From Candidatus Dormiibacterota bacterium (GTDB lineage: Bacteria; Chloroflexota; Dormibacteria; Aeolococcales; Aeolococcaceae), in the NCBI GenBank assembly GCA_963718525.1, contig OY970355.1, forward strand, positions 608,001-672,000: a DNA stretch of 64,000 nt. The letters run 5' to 3'. Under the pieces are notes generated by a model. It was not told the origin of the DNA, made no database searches, and saw only the letters and a program-made list of their open reading frames with translations. The translations under genes were made by a program, and so were the position numbers. Shown here in pieces: positions 39,410-48,937 of this stretch. Each line of letters begins with the position of its first letter. Position 1 is the stretch's first letter.

Positions 39410-41380
39410 TTATCCCGCTGGCGCGAGCGCTCTCTCGGACGCCATCGGCAGACGGACGGCGAAACACGGAGATCCTGCTTCGTCGTCATACCATGCGTCA
39501 CCCCCTTGGGCAAGCGCCAACCCCCGCACAATAAACAATCCGAGTCCGATACCCCCCGGCTTCTCGGCTCCCCCCGGACGGGAGAACTTCTCGAAGAGCC
39601 GCGTGCGCATGTCGGCACTCACACCGGGACCAGCGTCGCGCACGCAGATAATCACGCCCTCTTCTGCAACCGCGGTGTCAATCCTGATCGGCGGACGACC
39701 GTGGCGAAGTGCGTTCGAGATGTAGTTGTTGAGGATTTGGACGAGGCGAACACGATCGGCCCGGACGAACAGTCGCGGACCACTGGTCTGGATGCCCGCA
39801 GCATCCGCCGGCGTGAGCGAGCCGGTGATTGAGGCGATCGTGGCCTGAACATCGACTACTTCGAGATGCATCGTCATCGAACTTCCATCCAGACGCGCAG
39901 CGGTCAGGAGGTCGTCGATCAGCCGAGCAAGACGTTCCCCATGAGCAGCAATCGCGGCCAAGGCATGGGCGTCGCGTGGCGACGTCAAACCGCCCTCGCG
40001 GTCGTCCCTGAGCGCTTCCGCGTAGCCACGGATGAGCGAGACCGGCCCACGCATTTCGTGAGCAGTCACGGAGAGGACCTCTGCGAGGCCGTCGCTTGCA
40101 CTCCTCAGCGCCACATTGGCTTCGGTGATGATTCGCGCCGCGACCTCCCGCTCCACTTGAGCCTGACGTCTGGCCGTGTGGTCACGGGTGACCTTCGCAA
40201 AGCCGACCAGCACGCCGTCTCGTTTCATTGGGGTGATGACCACATTGGCCCAGAACTGGGTCCCGTCCTTGCGAACCCTCCATCCCTCTTCTTCGTAACG
40301 TCCGGTTGCGGCAGCCTGCTCGAGTTCCTGTTCGGGATGTCGTGCCGCCTGCGCTTCCGGTGTATAGAACACCCGAAAGTGCTGACCGATGATCTCACTC
40401 GCTGCATATCCCTTGATCCGCTCAGCCCCCGGATTCCAGCTTGAGATCACGCCGTTGGGATCGAGCATGAACAGTGCGTAGTCAACCACCGCATCGACGA
40501 GGAGTCGAAACTGTTGCTCCGAGGCCATGAGCGCATCCATGGTTCGTCGCTGTTCCGAGAGGTCTTGGACTTGGAGAAAGAGGTACAGGGGCCGGCCCGC
40601 CGAGTCTCGAATCGGGGCGACGGTACTGAGCACCACTTGTGGCGCATGGTTCCGGATGATCACGTGTTCGAGCTGACTCAGACGACGATCTCGCTTTACA
40701 ACCGTGTCGAAGGCGTCGTTGAGAGCACGAGCCTCGATCGGTGCCAGGAGCTCGGCGTATCGCTTGCCTACGAAGTCTTCGCCAGGTCCACCGAGGAGCC
40801 CGGCCATCGCCCCGTTGAGGCGCACGAACCGTCCGTTGAGGGTCAGCGTTGCCATACCAATCGCGGCTTCGTCGAATGCAGCCCGGAAGCGCTCGATCTG
40901 GTCATCAAAGACCGCTGCTTCCGCTCGTTCGGCGGTGTCGTCGACATCCGCTGCGGGGACGGGCCCAGCGATTGACGATGCGCCCATTAGATCAAGGAGT
41001 GCAGCGGCGAGCACCTTGAGCGAGGTGCCCTTGTCATAGAAGCCCACGGCGCCAAGGGCACGGACCTGTTGCTCGACATCTGAGCCCTCGAAACCCGAAA
41101 AGACAACCACACGCGTCCGGGGAGAGGCCTCTCGGATGAGCGGGAGCGCTTCGATGCCGTCCATTTCCGGCATGGAGATATCCAGGAGCAGCAGGTCGGG
41201 CTGATGCGCGCGCGCCAGGTCGATTGCTTCGCGGCCGTCCCCGGCCTCAGCGACGACCTGCACGACACCGGAACCTTCAAGACGCAGCCGCACGAGATCG
41301 CGCACGTCTGTGGAGTCGTCGACAAGGACGACCCGCCACGGAGTAGGCACTCGGGTACTCCTTGAGGTCCTGATACTCAT
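39410..41380 (-). CDS. REC-PAS-PAS hybrid histidine kinase
   Basis: LVDDS..LLDISMP; two PAS domains; AHEMRGP; DAGPG, GIGLGL. Confidence 0.92.
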   Translation of the reverse strand: MSIRTSRSTRVPTPWRVVLVDDSTDVRDLVRLRLEGSGVVQVVAEAGDGREAIDLARAHQPDLLLLDISMPEMDGIEALPLIREASPRTRVVVFSGFEGSDVEQQVRALGAVGFYDKGTSLKVLAAALLDLMGASSIAGPVPAADVDDTAERAEAAVFDDQIERFRAAFDEAAIGMATLTLNGRFVRLNGAMAGLLGGPGEDFVGKRYAELLAPIEARALNDAFDTVVKRDRRLSQLEHVIIRNHAPQVVLSTVAPIRDSAGRPLYLFLQVQDLSEQRRTMDALMASEQQFRLLVDAVVDYALFMLDPNGVISSWNPGAERIKGYAASEIIGQHFRVFYTPEAQAARHPEQELEQAAATGRYEEEGWRVRKDGTQFWANVVITPMKRDGVLVGFAKVTRDHTARRQAQVEREVAARIITEANVALRSASDGLAEVLSVTAHEMRGPVSLIRGYAEALRDDREGGLTSPRDAHALAAIAAHGERLARLIDDLLTAARLDGSSMTMHLEVVDVQATIASITGSLTPADAAGIQTSGPRLFVRADRVRLVQILNNYISNALRHGRPPIRIDTAVAEEGVIICVRDAGPGVSADMRTRLFEKFSRPGGAEKPGGIGLGLFIVRGLALAQGGDAWYDDEAGSPCFAVRLPMASERALAPAG

Positions 41381-41597
41381 ATCTTATGTCAGCGTTGCTA
41401 GCCGGTGCCCACTACTCAGTCTATGTCTCCGTGAGTTCAGGCCGCATATACTAGCATCGAAGTCGTATGATGTGATAGCCTTGCTATCAGGTCAGCTTTT
41501 GAAAGCTGTTGCCCACGGATCCGGTTCGGCTAGGAGGGACCAGCGTCCTCACATCTTGATGGGTTCCTATCATCAACAACATTCGGAGGCAGGCGAC

Positions 41598-41771
41598 ATG
41601 TGCACGAGCTGCGGCTGCGGCGAGGCCAATGTGCGGCATCACGACGGCGACATCACCTACGAAGATCTCGTGAAGGCGGCGTCTGACGCGGGGATTGACC
41701 CCGAGACGGCGGCCGACAACATTCACACCTCCGCCAAACAAGCTCGCGACGGCGGCGCCTCGACCGAGTAG
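41598..41771 (+). CDS. 57-aa protein with N-terminal CxxCGC and HH metal-binding motif
   Basis: MCTSCGCGEANVRHHDGDITYEDL..; SD GGAGG; followed by a hairpin at about 41778-41814. Confidence 0.75.
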   Translation: MCTSCGCGEANVRHHDGDITYEDLVKAASDAGIDPETAADNIHTSAKQARDGGASTE

Positions 41772-41844
41772 CTACCGGAGGGGGTGGGGTTCGCCGCGGA
41801 CCCACCCCCACCTCATCGCGTATTCCAGTACTGCGGGTGACGAT

Positions 41845-42717
41845 GTGAAGCACGATGCATTCCTTCCCAAACGCGCCTCGGTTGGATCGTTCGCGCCCGG
41901 AAGAGCAGCCGCAGCGCGTGCGGCGCGCAACAGCCCTGCAGTGAGGGCACTGGCCCGAGCGGGTCTCGCTGCTCGCGGACTCACTTACCTGATCATCGCC
42001 TCGATCGCGGCCCAAACTGCATTGGGTGGGACGGCTCAAAGCGCCGACCAGCATGGTGCGCTCGAGGATGTCGCATCGCGTCCCTTCGGTCGGGTGCTGC
42101 TCATTGCTATGGCTGCGGGCTTCGCTGCCTATGCACTCTGGCGTTGGTCCGTGGCTACCGTCGGCGGTGTCGGCGCTGGTGCAGAGTCTCGGGCCAAGCA
42201 GTGGGCTCAACGGCTCGGAGCGCTGGCGATGGGTTTCGTCTACGCGGGTCTTTGCATCAGCACCATTCTCGTGGTCACGGGTCGACCGACATCGTCGACC
42301 GCGCAACAGCAGCAAAGCGCGACCGCCCGGCTGCTTGCGCTCCCTTTCGGGCGTGTACTCGTGTTCGCCATCGGCGCCGGCATCGTCGTCGGCGGAGGCA
42401 TCGTTGTCTGGAGAGCGCTTACCCGAAGGTTCGAGAAGAAGCTGGCGACAGAGAAGTTGGGATCGCGGGTGCGACCTTGGGCGATCGGTTTCGGCATTGC
42501 GGGCAACGGCGCAGGGGGGGTCGTGCTCGCCCTGGTTGGGATCTTCTTGATCCAAGCGGTCGCTGCCAACAATGCTCGCGCTTCCAAGGGACTTGACCAG
42601 ACACTGCGCACCGTTGCTCACGCACCTTTTGGTCGTGTGCTGCTAGTCATCGTCACGGCCGGTCTGGTGGCTTATGGTCTGTACTCGTTCGTGGAGATGC
42701 GCTATAGACGGGTCTGA
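41845..42717 (+). CDS. DUF1206 family membrane protein
   Basis: LARAGLAARGLTY, three PFGRVL repeats, SKGLDQTL. Confidence 0.85.
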   Translation: MKHDAFLPKRASVGSFAPGRAAAARAARNSPAVRALARAGLAARGLTYLIIASIAAQTALGGTAQSADQHGALEDVASRPFGRVLLIAMAAGFAAYALWRWSVATVGGVGAGAESRAKQWAQRLGALAMGFVYAGLCISTILVVTGRPTSSTAQQQQSATARLLALPFGRVLVFAIGAGIVVGGGIVVWRALTRRFEKKLATEKLGSRVRPWAIGFGIAGNGAGGVVLALVGIFLIQAVAANNARASKGLDQTLRTVAHAPFGRVLLVIVTAGLVAYGLYSFVEMRYRRV

Positions 42718-42935
42718 CGCCGGACCGCCCGGGCCGGCCGGCGGGGGATTGGCGCCCGACATCGTGATCCTGTGTTCTCACTGAACTTCGTCAGCCAGCG
42801 TCAAGGGCCATTAATGCTGGACGTCGGCGTGCGAACAGAGCCGACCCGCGCTTGCAAGCGGGCAAGGTGTAGCCGTGGGTACCGCCGGGTACTTCTTTAG
42901 CCGGGCCGCTCCGTCGGCCAAGATTCACCTGAGGA

Positions 42936-43208
42936 GTGACGGTGCCTGTTTTCCTTCGCTGGTTGCTCGTGGACATCATCGTTATACGTCTCTTGCGGCA
43001 TCGCCGACGCCGCCGCTATACGGATCGGTCCTACCCAGTGCGATCGCAGCAGTACAGCCGCTCGGCCGGGCGCGTCTACGGCCCAGCGGCCAGAAATTCC
43101 CGATATGCCCGCCGCAGACGGTTCTCGAGTTGCTCCGGTTGCCTGGTGCTGATCGCCGCCGTGACGCTCGGAATCGTCTTCTTGGGGATACTCGCGCACT
43201 GGGCGTGA
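42936..43208 (+). CDS. Small Arg-rich membrane protein
   Basis: SD GAGGAG; CSGCL followed by a TM helix. Confidence 0.5.
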   Translation: MTVPVFLRWLLVDIIVIRLLRHRRRRRYTDRSYPVRSQQYSRSAGRVYGPAARNSRYARRRRFSSCSGCLVLIAAVTLGIVFLGILAHWA

Positions 43209-43542
43209 TAGACATGACACGACATCCGCGATTGCGGCGAGGGGCACAGCTCGTAGCTCGCCACGCGACCCGTGTCCGCCGTGTTGGAGATAATGCCAAA
43301 TTAGCCGCTGCGACGTGTGGCCGTTGGCGAGCGTCGACAAGCGAAAGGAGGCCTTGCGTCCGGCAGCGAGAAGGAGACAGGACGCTTGATACCGCACGTA
43401 TACGCGATCAACTCAAAGCCATCTTTCGCAAATCCCGTGTCGCTGTTGCATAGGATCTTATTCCAGCCACGTAACGAGACGGTTCTATGTCCGACACCGT
43501 ACGGACGCGTGTCGCAGCTCGTTCGCACAGTCGTGGTGGCAG

Positions 43543-44027
43543 ATGAACTCAAGAGTGCAGGACCCGTCGAGTGGAACGCAGTTCGCCGCGTTTCTCGGGG
43601 CGGGCTGGACGCAATCGTCGGCGTTGATACAGATGGGGCGATCGTTCTGGTCAATACAAGAGCCGGGTCGCTCATTAGTTACAGCCGAAACGAACTGCTC
43701 GGCCGCCCCGCAGACATCCTTGTGCCAGACGGCGTTCGAGGGGTCCACCCCGCCCATCGTGCGTCGCACCTCCGAAACCCGCAAAGGCGGCCGATGGGTG
43801 CCGGCATGGAGCTAGCCGGCGGGAGGATGGATGGAAGGGAGTCTCGCGCCGAAATCTCGTTGGCATCGATCGAGTTCGACGGCCGGCGCATCGTCTCCGC
43901 CGCGATTCGGGACGTCAGCGAACGCAAGCGCGCCGAGGCCAAGTTTCGAGGCCTTCTCGAGGCTGCTGCGCGAACTGTGTCGCAGCGACGTGGGAGTGCA
44001 CACTCGTCAGGTTGCAAGTGTGTCTAG
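43543..44027 (+). pseudogene. Frameshifted, truncated PAS sensor remnant
   Basis: FAAFLGA, frameshift, LDAIVGVD..RRPMGAGMEL..IRDVSERKRAEAKFRGLLEAA, then the similarity stops. Confidence 0.7.
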
Positions 44028-44090
44028 AGTGACGACGCTCCTGCCCAACGTCACGCAACAGGTGGGCACCGGTAGCGCGAGTACGGTGGC

Positions 44091-45533
44091 GTGTTGACGT
44101 GCGACAGTGCCGACCCCGTCGTTGAGCTGGTAGATACCTGCCGGCATGCGGTTGACTTGGAGTTGACCGCCGAGGCAATTCCGCACATCGTGTGGATGAC
44201 GGGGCCCGACGGCCTGACGGAATACTTCAATCGGCGTGGCACTGACTACACCGGCCTGCCAGCGAGCGCCAACTACGGCTGGGAGTGGGTGAATCTCATT
44301 CACCCCGACGACGCGGACAGCGCCCGGCGGGGCTGGGGGCATGCAATTCGGACCCAGACGTCATTCCGGATGGAGTATCGGATCCGACGCTACGACGGCG
44401 AATTCCGCTGGCACGCGTTCCGCGGCGACCCTCTTCTCGATCCTAATGGGCATGTAATCAAGTGGATCGGGACTGCCACCGACATCGAGGACGCGAGACG
44501 AGCACAGCGCTCACTGGAGCGCTCAGAGCGGGAGGCAGCCGAGCTTGCAACGTTGCTTGACACACTCCAGGAGACAGCTCCGATCGGGATTGGCTTCGTC
44601 GACCGCGACTTCCGCCTGATCCGCGTCAACGCCGCCCTCGCCGAGGTGAACGGCGCGTCGGCGGAGTCGCACGTCGGCCGACTGGTGAGTGACGTGATCC
44701 CCGAAATCTGGCCGAAGGTGGCTTCGCTGTACCACCACGTGCTCGACACCGGCGAACCTGTCGTTAACCAAGAGGTCAGCGGTCTCACCGCAAGCGATCC
44801 CAGCCGTTCCCACCATTGGCTGACGAGTTACTATCCAGTCCCCCTCGGCGGCGAGATCATCGGAATCGGGATCATCGTCGTGGACGTCACTGAGCGCAAG
44901 GAGGCCGACGAGGCGCGCGACCGGCTCACCCATGCCGCCGTGGCGGCTATGGCCGCCACCGTGGAGGCGAAGGATCCGTACACGGCGGGCCACGAGTTCC
45001 GGGTCGCCGATATCTCCGCAGCCATCGCCCGCGACCTCGGGCTTCGCGAGTTCGATATCGAGGGCATCACACTTGCCGCGCAGATCCATGATCTCGGCAA
45101 GATCGGCGTCCCGGCAGAGATTCTTGCCCGCCCCGGTCAGCTACGCGCAGCCGAGTTCGACCTCGTCCGCACGCATTCTCAAATCGGATTTGACATCGTC
45201 AAGGGCATCGACTTCCCCTGGCCTGTGGCCGAGATGATCCTGCGCCACCACGAGCGCTGCGACGGCAGTGGTTACCCGGACGGACTCCGGGGGAACAAGA
45301 TCGTCCTCGGAGCTCGCATTATCGCCGTCGCCGACACGGTGGAGGCGATGGCGTCACACCGGCCCTACCGCGCAGCCCTCGGGCTCGATGCGGCGCTCGC
45401 TCAGATTCAGGATGGGAGAGGAACTCTTTTCGATGCGGACGTTGTCGACGCGTGTGTCACGCTCTTCCGAACAGGGAGGCTCAGCCTCGGTGAGCGACTC
45501 AATGCAACCGCAGTGCGGCGGCCAGCGCCGTGA
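44091..45533 (+). CDS. PAS-PAS-HD-GYP phosphodiesterase
   Basis: KDPYTAGH, IHDLGKIG, HHERCDGSGYP, HRPYR. Start uncertain. Confidence 0.92.
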   Translation: MLTCDSADPVVELVDTCRHAVDLELTAEAIPHIVWMTGPDGLTEYFNRRGTDYTGLPASANYGWEWVNLIHPDDADSARRGWGHAIRTQTSFRMEYRIRRYDGEFRWHAFRGDPLLDPNGHVIKWIGTATDIEDARRAQRSLERSEREAAELATLLDTLQETAPIGIGFVDRDFRLIRVNAALAEVNGASAESHVGRLVSDVIPEIWPKVASLYHHVLDTGEPVVNQEVSGLTASDPSRSHHWLTSYYPVPLGGEIIGIGIIVVDVTERKEADEARDRLTHAAVAAMAATVEAKDPYTAGHEFRVADISAAIARDLGLREFDIEGITLAAQIHDLGKIGVPAEILARPGQLRAAEFDLVRTHSQIGFDIVKGIDFPWPVAEMILRHHERCDGSGYPDGLRGNKIVLGARIIAVADTVEAMASHRPYRAALGLDAALAQIQDGRGTLFDADVVDACVTLFRTGRLSLGERLNATAVRRPAP

Positions 45534-46128
45534 GGTCATCAAAACCGTAGACGTCCTCGTCTATAGGTGTTGGCGAGGTTGCGCAACCGGTGGCCGCTTC
45601 TAGGGAGCGCCGAAGGGCCTAGGCCGCGTCCGGAAACGTCCCTTGAAGGCGTGCTCCCGGATAAGGCGAAGTGTTCGCTATGCGCCGGTGGGCTGGACGG
45701 GAACGTCCCACCGCGCGCAACCACAGCCGCTGTGAGCGTGACGGTCCACACAACTGCATGAAGGGTCAACGTCCCAGAGAGGCCAGGCAAGCGTGGTCGA
45801 GCTCGACGGCGTGAAGGATCTAACCCGACGACACACCATAGAAGGCAGAATCGCCTGCGCCACCTCCTGGCGTACGGGCTTATGCCCTGGGGCACAACCT
45901 GTGCTAATGCCACATTACCTGATGCTACGTGCGACCGAAAAGACCGATGAAGGCTGCGATTTACGCTAGCATGATGCTGCCCCATCCGCCGACGCTACCC
46001 GGCAGATGGTGGGCAGTCTTGCGTTCACTCGCACTGACTGACTCACAGGCTTCGGCACCGAACACAACGTAAGGCGGTCATCCAGGCTGCAGGGGTAGCC
46101 CACGGTGCATGCTCGATAACAAGGCACC

Positions 46129-48816
46129 TCAACTCGGCTGCACGGCGTCCATCGTGACCGTGCAGAGTGCGGTGCTGTTGTGCGAGCTGACTGCGAGCCC
46201 TTGGAGCATGGGTCCGGAAACACTGAGAGTCACAGTCGAACCTGGGACGAGCGTCCACGTCGCGCCATCGGCCGACGTGTACGCTGTGAACGTCGTCCCG
46301 CTTCGCTCCACCCTGAGGTACGCCGGGACGGTGCCGGACACTGTGTCGATCCGGTTGTCCTGTCCTCCCTGCGCCGTGCGGTCCTGGACGACGATGCCCT
46401 GACCCGGAGTCACGAGCAGCATATAGGCAATCGCGCCAGGATCCGTGCTCGCACGGATCATCACTCCTGCCTTGGCCCAGGAGTTGGTGTCGGCCTGCGA
46501 GATCACGTGCGCGCTCATCGTGCCGCTGCCCGCAAGCGACTGGTAATCGAACTGGAACTGGTCGGCCGTGCCGTGGATATCGCTCCCCGCGCCCGCAATG
46601 GTCCATGTGCCGCCGCTGGACGTTGCGCTGCCCGCAACTGCAGGGCTGCCGATGTCCTGGCATGTCCATCCGCTGGGGCACGTGGGCGGCGGGGGACCCG
46701 ACGTGCCATTGACGACGACATTGTCCATGTCAACGCTGCTCAGCACGGCATTCGTGTGTGCTGTCACGGCAAGACCTTCGAAGGCGTTGGAAGGCATGGT
46801 CAGCGTCTTGGTAGATCCCGGGATCAATGTCCACGTCATCCCGTCTGTGGACGTGTATGCCGTGTAGGTGCTCCCAGCGCGGGCGACCTTGAGATACGTG
46901 GGTACTACCCCACCAACCTTGACCGTGCTCGTGGTACCTCCGGTCGCGGTCCGATAGGCGACGAGGATGCCATTGCCGGGTGTGAGCAGAGCCGAATACT
47001 CAACCGACCCGGGGTCGGTGCTCGCGCGCAGCATCACGCCCGTCTTCGCCCATGCGTTGGTGTCGGTCTGCGATGTGACGTGGGCGCTGATGTTGCCGTT
47101 ACCGGTCAACGTCTGCGCCGCGAAGAAGAACTGGTCGCCCGTGCCGTTGATATCGTTGCCGTCGCCTTGGAGAGTCCAGGCGCCGCCGGGACTCATAAGG
47201 GCACTGCCGGGTGCTGAGACAGCCCCGATATCGCCACACATCCATGGCGACGGACAGGGGATCGGTAGCGGCGCCGGCGGTTGGCTCAGTGTCAGCGCTG
47301 TGGAGTCGAATGTCGCGGTGCTGGTCGACGCACTGGTGTCGGATGCGACGGCGAAGCCAACCAAAGGCGTCGGGCCGAGCGCTGGACTCGCCGACGATCC
47401 GGCCAGCGGCTGCCAGAAGGAACCATCCGTTGACGTATAGGTTGTGAACGTCCCCCCGGAGCTCGCGATCCAGAGGTATGCGGGCGGCGACCCGCCCGTG
47501 GTGGTCAGCAGTGTCGTCTCACTGCCCTGCGAGGCACGGTCGAGAACTTCGAGTCCACCACCCGGCGTCGTGACCGCCCCATAGAACGGCGAACCCGGGT
47601 CCGTCGTCGCGCGGATGATGAGGCCGGCCTGTGCGCCAGTGCTGGCGCTGGTCTGCGATGCGAGGCGCGCGGTGACGCCGGTCCCCGCTGGCAGGGTCTG
47701 CGACAGAAGGTCGAACGAATCGCTGGTGCCGCCAAGGCCGGTCCCGCCACCGTTAATGGTCCATGTTCCTGTGCTGGTTGAGAAGGATTGGCTCCCAACC
47801 GTCGACGGGCTCCCGATATCGGCACCGCTCCATCCGCTCGCGGAGTCGTCAGTCCACATCACCCGGCTCTGGTTCGACACGAATGGGTTCGCGTCGGAGG
47901 CGACGGTGGCGACGACGACATCCTCGCCCTGCCCGGTGCCCACGTAGGAGAACGATGCCCGTCCGTTTGTATCGGTTGTTCCGCTGCCGCTCTGTCCCGC
48001 ATCGGGGCCGCTGATCACCTTGAACGTAACCTGAGCGTTGGGCAGGGCAAAACCGCTGCCGTCAAGCACGGCGGCTGTCTCGGTGACCGGCTGGCCGCCG
48101 AAGATCGTTGCCATGTTTGGGCTGAGTGTTACGGCGGCGTTGTCGGTGGCGGTGGAGCCGATTCGCCGCCACTGGATCGACTCATTCCGGCCTGCGGGGC
48201 AGGCGCCCGAGTCGATGCCGCCCGTGTCGATCACGTGCGTGGCGTCGGTCAGAGTCGTTACCACACCGGCGATCGTGAACGCCACGGTGGGCGCACCGGG
48301 CAGCGGCGTGCAGTTGCCATGCGGTGTGTCGCTGCTGTCGAAATTGTCGTACTTGGGATTGTCGCCGGATGGATTCTCGGCCAGGATGACGCTCTTTCCC
48401 GCCGGCACGGTGAACGAGCCCCAGAGGTTGTACGTCTGCCCGCCCGTTTCACCGGGTCGCACGGCGACGCTAACGTTGCTCACGACGACCGCCGTGGGTC
48501 CGGGGTTGTCGAGACGCACAGCCCCCGTGTCGTAGCACTGCGTGACCGATCCGCACTCGGCGGACTGTGGACTCGTGTTTCCGATAAAGATCGTGTTTGG
48601 CGACCCGTTCCACGGAACGGGAAACGCCGCGGACGGCGTCGGGCTATCTCCGACGTTCTCGGCATATCCGACGGATACGGTCAGCCCGTCCACGGACGAC
48701 ACGGTTCCGGCGGCGGCGGCTCGAAGCGGCGATGCGATCCCGACCCCGACGGTAGCGAAGACAGCAAAGCCCGTCCCAAGGGTCGCGAGAGATTGTCTCC
48801 AGCCCCTTCGCTGCAT
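46129..48816 (-). CDS. Secreted protein: unknown N-domain, Big_1 Ig domain and three concanavalin-like (DUF1349-type) repeats
   Basis: Signal peptide; GTTDTNGRASFSY; repeats W..DIG..AK[AT]GVM[LI]R..YTS.DG..W..GLAV. Confidence 0.8.
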   Translation of the reverse strand: MQRRGWRQSLATLGTGFAVFATVGVGIASPLRAAAAGTVSSVDGLTVSVGYAENVGDSPTPSAAFPVPWNGSPNTIFIGNTSPQSAECGSVTQCYDTGAVRLDNPGPTAVVVSNVSVAVRPGETGGQTYNLWGSFTVPAGKSVILAENPSGDNPKYDNFDSSDTPHGNCTPLPGAPTVAFTIAGVVTTLTDATHVIDTGGIDSGACPAGRNESIQWRRIGSTATDNAAVTLSPNMATIFGGQPVTETAAVLDGSGFALPNAQVTFKVISGPDAGQSGSGTTDTNGRASFSYVGTGQGEDVVVATVASDANPFVSNQSRVMWTDDSASGWSGADIGSPSTVGSQSFSTSTGTWTINGGGTGLGGTSDSFDLLSQTLPAGTGVTARLASQTSASTGAQAGLIIRATTDPGSPFYGAVTTPGGGLEVLDRASQGSETTLLTTTGGSPPAYLWIASSGGTFTTYTSTDGSFWQPLAGSSASPALGPTPLVGFAVASDTSASTSTATFDSTALTLSQPPAPLPIPCPSPWMCGDIGAVSAPGSALMSPGGAWTLQGDGNDINGTGDQFFFAAQTLTGNGNISAHVTSQTDTNAWAKTGVMLRASTDPGSVEYSALLTPGNGILVAYRTATGGTTSTVKVGGVVPTYLKVARAGSTYTAYTSTDGMTWTLIPGSTKTLTMPSNAFEGLAVTAHTNAVLSSVDMDNVVVNGTSGPPPPTCPSGWTCQDIGSPAVAGSATSSGGTWTIAGAGSDIHGTADQFQFDYQSLAGSGTMSAHVISQADTNSWAKAGVMIRASTDPGAIAYMLLVTPGQGIVVQDRTAQGGQDNRIDTVSGTVPAYLRVERSGTTFTAYTSADGATWTLVPGSTVTLSVSGPMLQGLAVSSHNSTALCTVTMDAVQPS

Positions 48817-48937
48817 GTCAGTCCCCCCTGCACCGCTCTCCATCACATGGCGGGCCGCCCGTCAGTGTGGCAGCTTTGCGTGATGCAATACAATCTCGGC
48901 ATCTGAGGGATACAGGGGCGGGCGACCGGAGGGGATC

